From Candidatus Latescibacterota bacterium (GTDB lineage Bacteria > Latescibacterota > UBA2968): 64,000 bases of DNA. Below are positions 38,793-49,364 of this stretch, piece by piece. The notes beneath the pieces are model-generated. The model was not told the origin of the DNA, made no database searches, and worked only from the letters and a program-made list of their open reading frames with translations. Location: contig OZ242195.1 in assembly GCA_965205975.1 (NCBI GenBank), forward strand, positions 1,856,001 through 1,920,000. Direction: 5' to 3'. Every line of letters begins with the position of its first letter. The stretch's first letter is position 1. Made by a program: the position numbers and the translations under genes.

Positions 38793-41700
38793 ATGAAACT
38801 CAGTGAATTTGCCATTAATAAACCCATCAGCACCATTATGATTGTGCTCAGTATTATGATGATGGGTTTTATTTCCCTATTCAGACTGCCGCTCGAATAC
38901 CTGCCCAGCCTGACATTTCCGCGTATCTTTGTTTCCGTCAATTACCCCTCCTCTTCTCCGGAAGAAATTGAGCGGTTCATTACGCGCCCTATCGAAGAAA
39001 TCCTCGGCACGCTGTCGGGCGTTGAAGGCATAAGTTCCTCATCGAGCGGATCCAGTGCACGCGTCGGCATGGAATTTGCGATGGATGCCGATATGGACAT
39101 CATCGGTGTTCACATCCGCGACCGTCTCGATCAAGTTCGCGCCGACCTGCCCGCCGATGTCGATCGCATCGATATTCGCAGCTTCGACACCGAAGACTTT
39201 CCCATTCTCGAATACTCCCTCACCTGGCTTGGCGAAAACAACCAGGAACTCGTCAATGTTTACAATCAGCTAATCTTGCCCAGAATACAGCGTCTCGAGG
39301 GCGTCGCCAATGTCGCGCTCGAAGGATTGCGAGAAAAAGACCTTCTTATTGAAGTCGATCAAAAAGCCATGACAGCCTATAAGATGGACTTCCGCACTAT
39401 TAATCGCGCTCTGAACAGCAACAATATCAATGTCTCTGCGGGATATGTCACCGAAGGCAACAAACGTCTCGCCGTGCGCAGCATGGGCGAGTTTGAAACC
39501 GTTGATCAAATTCGCGCACTGCCCATTCGCCCCAATCTCACTCTCGCCGATGTTGCCGATGTCACATACGATTATCCCGAATCCCGCAGCTTTGAACGCC
39601 TTGACGGGCGTCCTTCGCTAAACCTTGAAGTCCAGAAAGCCTCAACAGCCAACATGGTCGATGTCTGCAAACTCGTGCGCGACGAACTCGCCCTCATCCA
39701 CGAAGAAGTCGGCAAAGACAAGCTCCGAATGCACATAGTGCGCGACCGATCTATCGACGTGACAAATAGCATCGCCAGCCTCAGCCAATCTGCTATTTTG
39801 GGAGGCCTGTTGGCCGTCATCGCCATCTTTATTTTTCTTCGCAATTTCCGCAGCACGCTCATCATCGGCTCTGCTATTCCCATCAGTGTGCTCACCGTTT
39901 TCCTGATCATGTATTTCATGCGGCAATCCGGATCGAACATCACCCTCAATCTCATTTCCATGATGGGGCTAATGGTCGCCATCGGCATGCTCGTCGATCC
40001 TGCTGTCGTGGCCCTTGAAAATATCTTTCGCAAACGATTTGAAATAGGGCAAGGTGCCAGGCAGGCCGCGCTTGAGGGCAGCAATGAAATCGGGCTTCCA
40101 GTTCTCGCTGCATCGCTCACGACCATCTGCGTATTTATCCCGGTCATTTTTGTCACCGATTCGCGCACATCGCTCTTCATGCGCGACTTTGCCATTACCG
40201 TGATCATATCTGTTATTGCCTCGTTTTGTATCGCGCTCTCACTTATCCCGCTTGCAGCCTCTCGCGCCTTCAATGATGATGGTAAAATCCTTGATCGCGT
40301 TCTCAAGAGTATTGTCGGCCTTGTAGCCGCGCTCGGTTTGGGAGCCTTTATTTATTACACGGACTTCAGCAAAATTGATTACGCTGGCCTGTGGGCAAAT
40401 TTTAACACGACCATCAGCGCGTTGCCGACATTTGCCAAAATCGGTTTTCCCGGCATCATTGCCCTGGTCATCTTTCTCTATTTTCGCTATCGTTCAATTG
40501 GCCCCAAAGCGATGTATGCCAAATTCGTATCTTCCACCCTTCACTACCGCTGGGCAACTCTCTCGGTAGCATGTGTTCTCCTTTTTGTCGGCAACTACAT
40601 CTACGGCAAAGTAGAGCAACAGCCCTTCCGATATCAGCCCAGTCGCGCCGTAAGGCTCACCATTGAAATGCCCCGCAGCTACGATGTAGATAAAGCGCGT
40701 GAGATCTTCAAAATTGCCGAAGACATACTCATCCCCTTAAAAAACGATCTCGACATCGAAGCCATTGGCAGCCGATACAGCGGTCGGCGCGGCACCCGCC
40801 TGACCCTTTATCTCACGCCAGCAGACGAAGGCAAACTCACCACAGATGAAGTTCAGCGCAAAGTTATCGCCCTCCTGCCCAAAGACATTCCAGGTGTGCG
40901 TTTCAAATCCGGCGGTGGCCGCGGTAGTTCTGCCGTGGGGGCTGGCGTTCAACTCAAAGGGCGCAACCAGGAAACACTGGCCATTTTAGCTGAAGACATT
41001 GAAACCAGCATGCAGGGAATGCCCGGCGTTCACGAAATACAGACCAGCCTCGAAAGCGGAACCGAGGAAATTCGCGTCACAGTCAATCGCGAGCGCGCAC
41101 AGCGCTATGGTCTCTCTCCGCGCGATATTGCAAACACCATAGCCTCTGCACTCGGTTCGCGCGGTGGCTCCAACTTCAAAACCCCCGATGGCGAAATCGA
41201 CATCACAGTGCTGCTGCGCGAAGAAGATCGCGCCACCCTCGAACAACTCAAAACAACGGAATTTGAAAGCGATAACGGCGGCATGGTCACCTTCTCCAGC
41301 CTGGCGAATTTCGACCTGACAACGGGACGCAACACGATTCAACGCGAAGATCGCATGTCAACCGTAACCGTTTTTGCCAATACAGATCAGCAAGCGGTAT
41401 TTCGCGTGGGGCAGATCATGAAAATGCGCATGGAAGGCGTCCCCCTGCCCAAGGGATATACGTATGAAATGGATCGCCGATTCAGATCTATGAATGCAGA
41501 ACAAAACCAGGACTACGAGACCTTGATTTTAGCACTCATTCTCATTTACATCATCATGGCCTCACTCTTTGAATCCTATGTCCATCCACTCACCATTATG
41601 TTCTGCATATTCTTCGCATTCATCGGCGTCGCCCTCGGTCTCTACACCTTCAAAATCGCCATGGACAGCAATGCCAAATACGGTCTTCTCGTACTTTTTG

Positions 41701-42047
41701 GTATCGTGGTCAACAACGGTATTGTCCTGGTCGATCACATCAACAGATACCGAAAACAGGGGCTTGTTCGCCGCGATGCTATTATCCGTGGAGGGCAAGA
41801 TCGCTTGCGTCCGATTATGATGACCGCTACCACCACCATCATCGGTCTGATGCCGCTGGTACTGCCGATGCTCTTTGGCAATGCAGAAGGCACCTCAAGG
41901 CGCTGGGGACCAATTGGTCTGGTGGTTATTTCCGGGCTATCTATCTCAACAATCCTGACCCTCGTACTCTTGCCCACGGTCTATTCCCTCATGGATGACC
42001 TCTCCCAATTTGCCAAGCGCGTCACAGCCGTAGCACGCGCGCAATAA
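38793..42047 (+). CDS. RND efflux permease (AcrB/AcrD/AcrF family)
   Basis: SPEEIE, IGMLVDPAVVALENI, GIVVNNGIVLVD, RLRPIMMT. Confidence 0.95.
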   Translation: MKLSEFAINKPISTIMIVLSIMMMGFISLFRLPLEYLPSLTFPRIFVSVNYPSSSPEEIERFITRPIEEILGTLSGVEGISSSSSGSSARVGMEFAMDADMDIIGVHIRDRLDQVRADLPADVDRIDIRSFDTEDFPILEYSLTWLGENNQELVNVYNQLILPRIQRLEGVANVALEGLREKDLLIEVDQKAMTAYKMDFRTINRALNSNNINVSAGYVTEGNKRLAVRSMGEFETVDQIRALPIRPNLTLADVADVTYDYPESRSFERLDGRPSLNLEVQKASTANMVDVCKLVRDELALIHEEVGKDKLRMHIVRDRSIDVTNSIASLSQSAILGGLLAVIAIFIFLRNFRSTLIIGSAIPISVLTVFLIMYFMRQSGSNITLNLISMMGLMVAIGMLVDPAVVALENIFRKRFEIGQGARQAALEGSNEIGLPVLAASLTTICVFIPVIFVTDSRTSLFMRDFAITVIISVIASFCIALSLIPLAASRAFNDDGKILDRVLKSIVGLVAALGLGAFIYYTDFSKIDYAGLWANFNTTISALPTFAKIGFPGIIALVIFLYFRYRSIGPKAMYAKFVSSTLHYRWATLSVACVLLFVGNYIYGKVEQQPFRYQPSRAVRLTIEMPRSYDVDKAREIFKIAEDILIPLKNDLDIEAIGSRYSGRRGTRLTLYLTPADEGKLTTDEVQRKVIALLPKDIPGVRFKSGGGRGSSAVGAGVQLKGRNQETLAILAEDIETSMQGMPGVHEIQTSLESGTEEIRVTVNRERAQRYGLSPRDIANTIASALGSRGGSNFKTPDGEIDITVLLREEDRATLEQLKTTEFESDNGGMVTFSSLANFDLTTGRNTIQREDRMSTVTVFANTDQQAVFRVGQIMKMRMEGVPLPKGYTYEMDRRFRSMNAEQNQDYETLILALILIYIIMASLFESYVHPLTIMFCIFFAFIGVALGLYTFKIAMDSNAKYGLLVLFGIVVNNGIVLVDHINRYRKQGLVRRDAIIRGGQDRLRPIMMTATTTIIGLMPLVLPMLFGNAEGTSRRWGPIGLVVISGLSISTILTLVLLPTVYSLMDDLSQFAKRVTAVARAQ

Positions 42048-42050
42048 CAA

Positions 42051-42095
42051 AAAACCCCAAGTGCTCGGCAAACCTTACCGAGTACTTGGGGTTTT
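42051..42095. terminator. Bidirectional hairpin terminator
   Basis: aaaaccccaagtgctcgg / ccgagtacttggggtttt between convergent genes. Confidence 0.8.
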
Positions 42096-42106
42096 GCTTC
42101 TTCCCT

Positions 42107-42140
42107 AAAAGGCACTACGCTTCCTCGCGCAGTGCCTTTT
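42107..42140. terminator. Second bidirectional hairpin terminator
   Basis: aaaaggcact / agtgcctttt. Confidence 0.7.
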
Positions 42141-42145
42141 ATGTT

Positions 42146-42514
42146 TCATTTGATGTGATCAACCTCTTGTATTTCACTGCCCGCATCGCAGTCGGCCTTA
42201 AAAACGGCGCCATCTTCAACAATCAAGACACCCGTTTGAATTTTTCCAATAAAAGTGGCTTGCGACTGCAAATGAACCTTCTCCTCAGCCACCAGATTCC
42301 CCACAATGCGCCCGCTGATCAATGCGTCGCGCACCTTTACATTGGCCTCAACAATACCCGACGTTCCTACAATCAACGTACCGGATGACTCGAGTTCGCC
42401 TTTCAAGACCCCATCCACACGCACGCCAGCCTCAATTTGAAAATGACCTTCAGAAACTGCCCCACGCCCAATAATGGTATTCATGGTTTTGTCAAAATTA
42501 GTATTGCGATCCAC
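42146..42514 (-). CDS. Bactofilin (polymer-forming cytoskeletal protein)
   Basis: TIIGRG, VRVDG..G, LIVEDGAVF; GTG start after AGGAGGAG. Confidence 0.92.
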   Translation of the reverse strand: MDRNTNFDKTMNTIIGRGAVSEGHFQIEAGVRVDGVLKGELESSGTLIVGTSGIVEANVKVRDALISGRIVGNLVAEEKVHLQSQATFIGKIQTGVLIVEDGAVFKADCDAGSEIQEVDHIK

Positions 42515-42599
42515 GGATCTCTCCTCCTGAAAGTTTTCAACGGGCACCTAATATAAATCTTATGTACTTTGAGTCAATTTCTTTCTTCAAATTTTCCGC

Positions 42600-42628
42600 T
42601 TGACAAGCATTTTTTACAAGCGTACTTT
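42600..42628 (+). promoter_or_regulatory. Sigma70-type promoter
   Basis: TTGACA-N17-TACTTT. Confidence 0.6.
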
Positions 42629-42663
42629 GCGAGCCATTTTACACCCAAAACCGAGGAGAAACT

Positions 42664-43038
42664 GTGGCATTCACAATTACTAAGACCGTTCGCCCAAACG
42701 CCGTGTGGCAAGAAATGTACCTCCAGATACAAAAAGACCAGCGCGTAATTATCACTGCAGAGGGCCTCTGGTCTCCCGAGATGCGTCCGCTTACAATTGT
42801 CTGGTGTGGCCCCGATGGCATTGAAGGGCGTCCCGCCAATGATCAATATCTCTTGCCCGGCACAAATGTGGGGGCACTCGTTGGGCGCATTGCCGACAGT
42901 CCCATTCTTTCGGTGGGCAATTATTTCGATTTCTATTCGCCCTACGAAGGCCCGCTATTTCTCGCCATGAACGAAAATCCCGAATACCACAGCCAGGCCG
43001 GTTCCCTCCACGCTCAAATCATCTTGTTTGACCTGTGA
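42664..43038 (+). CDS. LecA/PA-IL-like lectin-fold protein
   Basis: 124 aa; IITAEG.W, WCGPDG, GALVGRI, GPLFLAMNE..GSL follow the PA-IL pattern. Confidence 0.6.
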   Translation: MAFTITKTVRPNAVWQEMYLQIQKDQRVIITAEGLWSPEMRPLTIVWCGPDGIEGRPANDQYLLPGTNVGALVGRIADSPILSVGNYFDFYSPYEGPLFLAMNENPEYHSQAGSLHAQIILFDL

Positions 43039-43817
43039 AACTAATCCGATTTTTTGCCCGAGAATACGCCCTTTCTGGGCTGTTTATCATCCTGCTACTC
43101 GGCTTGTGGGAAGTGATCGTGCGAAGTCTCGACATCGCCGCATTTATTCTTCCCCCACCCTCTCAAATCCTGTCTAAATTTGCCGCATCCCATCGCCTCC
43201 TGCTCTCTCATGGTCTCGTCACACTCACCGCAGCCCTCGGCGGCTTTTTTACAGGCGCGTCATCGGGGCTATTGTGCGCCATAGCAATGGCCCGTTCCCG
43301 CCTGATCGAACGAATGCTCTATCCGCTGGTCATCTCTACCCAGACCTTCCCCAAAGAGGCACTGGCTCCTGTCTTTGTCATCTGGTTTGGATTTGGCCTT
43401 TTGCCCAAAGTGATTATTGCGGGCCTCATTTCTTTTTTTCCAGTTGTGATCAACACCACGCGCGGTCTCTTATCCGTTGACAAATCCATCCTCGACTTGA
43501 TGCGTTCGCTCTCGGCCAGCCAACGACAAATTTTTTTTAAAGTGCGCTTGCCCAATGCCATTCCCTATCTTTTTGCCGCCCTCAAAATGTGCATCACGCT
43601 CAGTGTGATTGGCGCTGTAGTCGGCGAATTTGTCGGCTCCAGTGCGGGTCTGGGCCACCTCATTCGCCTCGCCAATTCAGAACTCGCCACTGATTTGATG
43701 TTTGCCGCCCTGCTCGCACTCGGGTGTATGGGCACGGGCCTGTTTTTGCTCGTTGACGGCCTCGAAAAAACAGCCCTGCGCCGTTGGGGCGGCGCCGTTG
43801 AAACCATAGGTCGCTAA
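43035..43817 (+). CDS. NitT/TauT-family ABC permease
   Basis: ILPPPSQI, IWFGFG, KVRLPNAIP, AVVGEF. Confidence 0.92.
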   Translation: MKLIRFFAREYALSGLFIILLLGLWEVIVRSLDIAAFILPPPSQILSKFAASHRLLLSHGLVTLTAALGGFFTGASSGLLCAIAMARSRLIERMLYPLVISTQTFPKEALAPVFVIWFGFGLLPKVIIAGLISFFPVVINTTRGLLSVDKSILDLMRSLSASQRQIFFKVRLPNAIPYLFAALKMCITLSVIGAVVGEFVGSSAGLGHLIRLANSELATDLMFAALLALGCMGTGLFLLVDGLEKTALRRWGGAVETIGR

Positions 43818-43830
43818 AAGGAGTATTCCC

Positions 43831-44796
43831 ATGAAAAAAATATTCATCGCTCTTGCCCTCACACTCATCACTCTGTCTTGTACGAGTACAGACAAAACAC
43901 AGGTGCAGTTCATTCTCGACTGGAAAGCGCAGATGGAACACGCGGGCTTTTTTGTCGCCAAACAAAAGGGGTTTTATGAACAAGAGGGACTTGAGGTTGA
44001 AATTCTCGAAGGCAGTGGTGCCCCCACTTCAGCCCGCGTCGTGGGCAATGGCACCTACAAACTCGGCGTAGCCAGCGGATCGGCAACTGTTATGGCGAGA
44101 GTGCGCAACATTCCCATTGTATCGCTCGCCGTAATCAATCAGCAAACCCCGGTAGTCGTTTATTCACTCGTAGAAAAAAATATCACAACACCGCAGGACC
44201 TGATCGGCAAAAGCATCGGCGTCAATATCGGCGGCACAAAACACCGCGAATTTCAAGCCTTCTTGCGCCAACAAAATATCTCTGAAGAAGACATACAACT
44301 CATGGGCATGAGCGAAGCCAGCCCAGCACCGCTCCTCGCAGGTCAAGTCGATGCTATGCTCGGATATACCGAAGACCAGCCCGTCACAGTTGAACTCCAG
44401 GGCCACGCGGTCAATCGCCTTGCCCTATCGGATTACGGCATCGATGTATATAGCACTAATATCATTGCCAACGAGTCTTTTCTCAAAGAAAATCCCAACC
44501 TGATCAAACGCTTTTTGCGGGCGAGCCTGCGCGGATGGCAACACGCTGTCGATCATCCCGAAGATGCGGTAGCAGCCTACATGGCCGCGCGTCCCGAAAG
44601 CGACGAGGCCTTCAATCGCGCCAATTTCAAATATCTAATCCCCCTGTTGCAGAGCACCGACACCCAACAACAGGGCCTGGGTGCCCAAACAGAAGCAAAA
44701 TGGCAACAAACACAGGATATCCTCCACAGCCTGGGCATGATCGACCAAAAAGTCGATCTCAACCTGCTCTTCACCACGACATTTATGCCTGAGTGA
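43831..44796 (+). CDS. NMT1/THI5-like ABC substrate-binding lipoprotein
   Basis: Lipobox TLSC, LDW..EHAGFFVA..KGFYEQEGLEV. Confidence 0.9.
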   Translation: MKKIFIALALTLITLSCTSTDKTQVQFILDWKAQMEHAGFFVAKQKGFYEQEGLEVEILEGSGAPTSARVVGNGTYKLGVASGSATVMARVRNIPIVSLAVINQQTPVVVYSLVEKNITTPQDLIGKSIGVNIGGTKHREFQAFLRQQNISEEDIQLMGMSEASPAPLLAGQVDAMLGYTEDQPVTVELQGHAVNRLALSDYGIDVYSTNIIANESFLKENPNLIKRFLRASLRGWQHAVDHPEDAVAAYMAARPESDEAFNRANFKYLIPLLQSTDTQQQGLGAQTEAKWQQTQDILHSLGMIDQKVDLNLLFTTTFMPE

Positions 44797-46180
44797 AGTC
44801 GGGAGCTAACCGCACACCAACCGCTTGCTCATAAGCATACGCCAGACGCAAAATTTGAGCCTCGTCATAAGGCTTGCCTATAATCTGCAAACCGATGGGC
44901 AAATTCTCATCGGACCATCCACACGGAACCGACACCGCGCACAAACCCAAAAAATTGACCAGCCGCGTTGTCAACCTGACGGGCGCGACATCCACATCTG
45001 TGATATGCGGTGCAACCGTCAACATCGTCGGACAAATCACGGCATCCACATCTCGCAGGGTCTCGCGGGCCGAGATTCGCAACTGCTCGCGCCGCTGCAA
45101 AACCGCTGCATAATCTGGCGCAGAAAAAGACGCGCCATGTGCTATCCGCGTTCGAATGCGCGGATCCATCATCTCGCCCTGCCTGGCAATCAAATCCCCA
45201 TGGCACGCATACCCTTCCACGCACATAATCATCGAACTGCCGCGCCCCTCGAGCTCCTCGTCTAATTCCTCCCGCGCTTCGGAAAAGTACATCTCCCTCA
45301 CATCAACCCCCAAATCACACAAAACCCCTGCCGCGGCTTCTACCGAAGCGATAACCTCAGCATCTGCCCCATCGCAAAACGGATCGCGCACAAACCCGGC
45401 GCGCAACCCCTTCACATCTCGCTTTAATCCGCGAACCACATCTACCAGCGGCTGATTTAACGTCACCGGATCAGCCGCATCAGGCCCCGCAATCGCTTCA
45501 AATACCAGCGCGGCATCTTCCACAGACCGCGTCAAAGGTCCCATGCTATCCAGCGTCCACGAAAGCGGCATCGCGCCAGCGCGGCTCACCCGTTCCAGCG
45601 TAGGCTTGAGACCCACAACACCGCAAAACGACGCCGGGATCCGAATAGAACCGCCCGTATCTGTCCCCATCGCAACAGGTGCCAGCCCTGCCGCCACGGC
45701 CACCCCCGACCCACTGCTCGACCCACCCGGCACGCGTTCTGATCCCCAGGGATTGGGCGGTGTACCGTAATGGGGATTCAAACCATAAGGCCCAAATGCG
45801 AGTTCTACCATATTGGTCTTACCCATCAACACGGCACCCGCCTGCGAAAGGCGCTTTGCGACAGTTGCCGAATCCTCCGGTACAAAAGTATCCCATATTT
45901 TCGCACCCGAAGTCGTGCGAATACCCGCCGTGTGAAACAAATCTTTAAGCGCGATTGGAATGCCGTGCAAAGGCCCCAAATCCGATCCCGACCGCAACAT
46001 CGCCTCCGCCGCCTGTGCCTCGGCGCGCGCGCGTTCTGCCGTAACTGTAATAAACGCCTTTGTCCGATCGCCGTATTCGTCAATGCGATTGAGCAGCGCA
46101 TCCACCACCTCAACCGGCGATACATCGCCCACCCGATAGCGCGCGCCCAATTCCGATAGGGATGCAAAATGTATATCCAC
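44783..46180 (-). CDS. Amidase-signature family protein
   Basis: LHGIPIALKD, GGSSSGS, GTDTGGSIRIP. Confidence 0.95.
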   Translation of the reverse strand: MDIHFASLSELGARYRVGDVSPVEVVDALLNRIDEYGDRTKAFITVTAERARAEAQAAEAMLRSGSDLGPLHGIPIALKDLFHTAGIRTTSGAKIWDTFVPEDSATVAKRLSQAGAVLMGKTNMVELAFGPYGLNPHYGTPPNPWGSERVPGGSSSGSGVAVAAGLAPVAMGTDTGGSIRIPASFCGVVGLKPTLERVSRAGAMPLSWTLDSMGPLTRSVEDAALVFEAIAGPDAADPVTLNQPLVDVVRGLKRDVKGLRAGFVRDPFCDGADAEVIASVEAAAGVLCDLGVDVREMYFSEAREELDEELEGRGSSMIMCVEGYACHGDLIARQGEMMDPRIRTRIAHGASFSAPDYAAVLQRREQLRISARETLRDVDAVICPTMLTVAPHITDVDVAPVRLTTRLVNFLGLCAVSVPCGWSDENLPIGLQIIGKPYDEAQILRLAYAYEQAVGVRLAPDFTQA

Positions 46181-46182
46181 AG

Positions 46183-47223
46183 TCAGACATCCTCCCCTGG
46201 CGACCACGTCACCCGTCCGGCAACCATGTCATCTAACAACACAAGCTCCCCACCGCGTTCTGCCGACGCATTGGCCCCCAGTACAGCCGCCAGACTGTTC
46301 AGCGCATCGCCATACGAACTCCGCATCGCGGTTCTGTCTCCCTTGCGTATCGCATCGACAAATGCCTCTGCCTGAAACGCAAATGCATTGGGACGATTAT
46401 CCCACGCCGCGACTTCTTCACCATTCGACACGACATTTTGCGCCGACCACTCCAAAAGCGCGTCGTCGGCAACCACCGTCACATTGCGCCGCGCATAATT
46501 CACATTGGTCAACACCCGCGAAGTTGTCGCATTGGCAACCACGCCGCTCTTAAATCGATAATTCACATTATAGGCATAAGGCATATTGATCGGCTCTGGA
46601 CCATCACCTGCCGCGCGGTAAAAATAAAACGCCGATACCGCCTCAATATCGCCCAGGAAAAAACGCAATAGATCGATCATGTGAATGGTATTTTCCACAT
46701 ACGATCCCCCACACAGGGCCATGCGACTCGTCCAGTATCGGATATGCCGCCCGCTGTAAAACAACTGCACCAGTGCGTGTCGCGGAATCCGCGTTTCGAG
46801 CATCGCCTTCATATATTCAGCAGAAGGATAATAGCGACTCATGAATCCCACCTGGGAAACAATACCCGTCCTATCAATCGCCTCGCCAAATGCTACAGCC
46901 TGAGCCATATCTAAACTTTGCGGTTTCTCCACAAAAAGGGCGATCCCCTTTTCTGCTGCGATCAACTCCGCATCCGTATGCAAGGTCGGAGGCAAACACA
47001 CATAAACCCCGTCCAATTCCTCCTTGTCAAACATCTCGCGGTGATCCGTATAAACAGATTTCGCGCCCCAAATTTTTGCCTGATCAGACACAACGCCCTG
47101 ATCCACATCGCAAAATGCCTGCAACACCACCTCGCCCTTTTCAACCAATTGGTATAGGGCAGGCAAATGTGCATTCTGTGGAATATGACCCAATCCGATC
47201 ATACCCATGCGAACGGGTTGCAT
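46183..47223 (-). CDS. Gfo/Idh/MocA oxidoreductase
   Basis: GMIGLG, FVEKP, IHMIDL. Confidence 0.92.
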   Translation of the reverse strand: MQPVRMGMIGLGHIPQNAHLPALYQLVEKGEVVLQAFCDVDQGVVSDQAKIWGAKSVYTDHREMFDKEELDGVYVCLPPTLHTDAELIAAEKGIALFVEKPQSLDMAQAVAFGEAIDRTGIVSQVGFMSRYYPSAEYMKAMLETRIPRHALVQLFYSGRHIRYWTSRMALCGGSYVENTIHMIDLLRFFLGDIEAVSAFYFYRAAGDGPEPINMPYAYNVNYRFKSGVVANATTSRVLTNVNYARRNVTVVADDALLEWSAQNVVSNGEEVAAWDNRPNAFAFQAEAFVDAIRKGDRTAMRSSYGDALNSLAAVLGANASAERGGELVLLDDMVAGRVTWSPGEDV

Positions 47224-47226
47224 ATA

Positions 47227-48123
47227 CTAACCCCCCTCAATTTCTGCAATCAATTCTCCGGATAATTGCTTGCCATCCGACACACGCACACAATCCTCTA
47301 ACTCATCAATATCCGATACCCCACACAACAACATCGACACCCGATTGTCCGACAACAAATAGCGCAAAGCCGTGCGCGTCATAGGTTCATTTACACCTTC
47401 AACTATTTTCTCCACTCGCATTAAATTGTCATACAAATCGGCAAATCGCTCCTGTGCCATCCACTGCCCCCTTTTTGAGCCCAACAACCCCGCGTGCAAT
47501 GGCGAAGCACAAATCACAGCAACGCCTTCTGCTGCTGCCGTGGGAATCAACTCCTCGGTTGCTTCTCGCGTCAGCAAATCGTACTTGCAAAACGTAATCA
47601 CCGAAACAAAAACATCGGTCTCTTTGAGCACCCGAGACATCAAACCCAGATCAGAACCCGTCAGCCCAATATAATCACAGATTCCCTGAGACTGTATCTC
47701 CAACAACGCTTCTATAGTTCGACCCGCATCAAACAACCCGGGCCACCCGGCTTTTTCGGCCTCATGCACCTGCAAAAGATGAACATGATCGCGCTTTAAC
47801 CGCTTCAAACTCGCATCGAGACCGCGCCACACTGCATCGCGTGTATAATCAAACGGCTCGGGATAATATCCCACTTTTGTCGCCAGATAATACGGCTCAC
47901 GCACCCCTGACAGCGCGACACCCAGCACCTCTTCGCTGCGACCGCGTCCGTAAAGCGGTGCCGTATCGAAATAATTTACACCCAATTCCAGCGCCCGTTC
48001 CACCACCGCTACGCCATGCGACATCGGTTTTAGCCCCATCTCGGGACGCCCGTAGAACCAAGACCCGCCAAGCCCTATCTCGCTGACCTCCCATCCCGTT
48101 TTACCAAATATTCTGTATTCCAT
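47227..48123 (-). CDS. Aldo/keto reductase
   Basis: MEYRIFGKTG, YFDTAPLYG, ATKVG, SLKRL. Confidence 0.93.
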   Translation of the reverse strand: MEYRIFGKTGWEVSEIGLGGSWFYGRPEMGLKPMSHGVAVVERALELGVNYFDTAPLYGRGRSEEVLGVALSGVREPYYLATKVGYYPEPFDYTRDAVWRGLDASLKRLKRDHVHLLQVHEAEKAGWPGLFDAGRTIEALLEIQSQGICDYIGLTGSDLGLMSRVLKETDVFVSVITFCKYDLLTREATEELIPTAAAEGVAVICASPLHAGLLGSKRGQWMAQERFADLYDNLMRVEKIVEGVNEPMTRTALRYLLSDNRVSMLLCGVSDIDELEDCVRVSDGKQLSGELIAEIEGG

Positions 48124-48128
48124 TTTAA

Positions 48129-48803
48129 TTACCGATACCATCGACTCAATGTGATATCCGACACGGAACACGCATAGAGGAGGCGCAACACCCACATCTC
48201 TACCACAGTGCGAACAAAGCCCCACTTGCGCCACCGCCGCGTGGAACTGCATACCTGTGCATTGAGCATCACAAATTTTCCCACACGCACTACACGCGCG
48301 CAAAACTCGGAATCTTCAAACAACTGCAAGGATGGAAATCCCCCCACACCTTCAAACGTATCGCGCCGAACATAAATACCCTGATCGCCATAAGTAATCC
48401 CCAAATACCGGGACCGCAAAGTGCTCAAAAACGCAACCAATCGAAAACCAATCGTCTTCTCCGACAACCCGAGTTGAAACCGCCCGCCCACCACACCGGG
48501 TACGCGCAACGAGTCGCGTATCAACATCATCCCCTCAGAGGGTAAAAACGTATCGGCGTGTAAAAACAAAAACACATCGCCCATCGCCTGTTCTGCTCCG
48601 GCATTCATCTGCATCGCCCGTTCTGCTCTCTCTGCCTGAACCCATTGCACCCCACTACGCGCCTCAACCACTTGTTGCGTGCCATCTATACTCCCTCCAT
48701 CTACCACAATCAGTTCCACATCCTCAACACCGCAAAACTGTGCCAGGCATGCGCCGATAACAGCCTCTTCATTTAGAACGGGAATAATCACACTAATCTG
48801 CAC
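48129..48803 (-). CDS. GT2 glycosyltransferase (TIGR04283-like)
   Basis: ISVIIPVLNE, VVDGGS, RAMQMNAGA, FLHADT, YGDQG, FED. Confidence 0.9.
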   Translation of the reverse strand: MQISVIIPVLNEEAVIGACLAQFCGVEDVELIVVDGGSIDGTQQVVEARSGVQWVQAERAERAMQMNAGAEQAMGDVFLFLHADTFLPSEGMMLIRDSLRVPGVVGGRFQLGLSEKTIGFRLVAFLSTLRSRYLGITYGDQGIYVRRDTFEGVGGFPSLQLFEDSEFCARVVRVGKFVMLNAQVCSSTRRWRKWGFVRTVVEMWVLRLLYACSVSDITLSRWYR

Positions 48804-48813
48804 ACCAACTCCG

Positions 48814-49356
48814 CTATTTTTTTATTATATCAAAAAACTGCCGCCCATAACTAATCAGCGAAACAACGAGACATGCAACACTCAGACCAATCAGCGCGGG
48901 TTTGAGCACATCGGCATCCCACAAATAGGCCAAAAGCAACCCACTCAGCACCAGCGTTGTGACCTTGCCCCAAAAATTGGAAGGCAACAACACATCATGT
49001 CGCCTGACCAGATACATCCCCGCAAAAAAAATCACCACATCGCGCATCAAAACAACCAGAACCAGCCATACGGGTAAATCTTTAAACACAACCATGGCAA
49101 TTGTAATTGCCCCAACAGCCACCTTATCGGCCAGAGGGTCGAGAATCTTCCCCCACTGTGAAATTTCACCCCACCTGCGCGCGAGCCACCCATCTACCCA
49201 ATCGCTGACAATCATCACCACCACCACGCCGAATGCTTCCCATACATAATTCGGGCCCAATGAAATAAGCCACACAGCGGGCAGGATCAGCACCGCGCGC
49301 AACAAACTAACGGCATTTGACAGCGTCCAAAACCGACCGCGTTCAGCAGTTCCCAT
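48814..49356 (-). CDS. CDP-alcohol phosphatidyltransferase
   Basis: DWVDGWLARR..GKILDPLADK. Confidence 0.93.
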   Translation of the reverse strand: MGTAERGRFWTLSNAVSLLRAVLILPAVWLISLGPNYVWEAFGVVVVMIVSDWVDGWLARRWGEISQWGKILDPLADKVAVGAITIAMVVFKDLPVWLVLVVLMRDVVIFFAGMYLVRRHDVLLPSNFWGKVTTLVLSGLLLAYLWDADVLKPALIGLSVACLVVSLISYGRQFFDIIKK

Positions 49357-49364
49357 TCAATACC

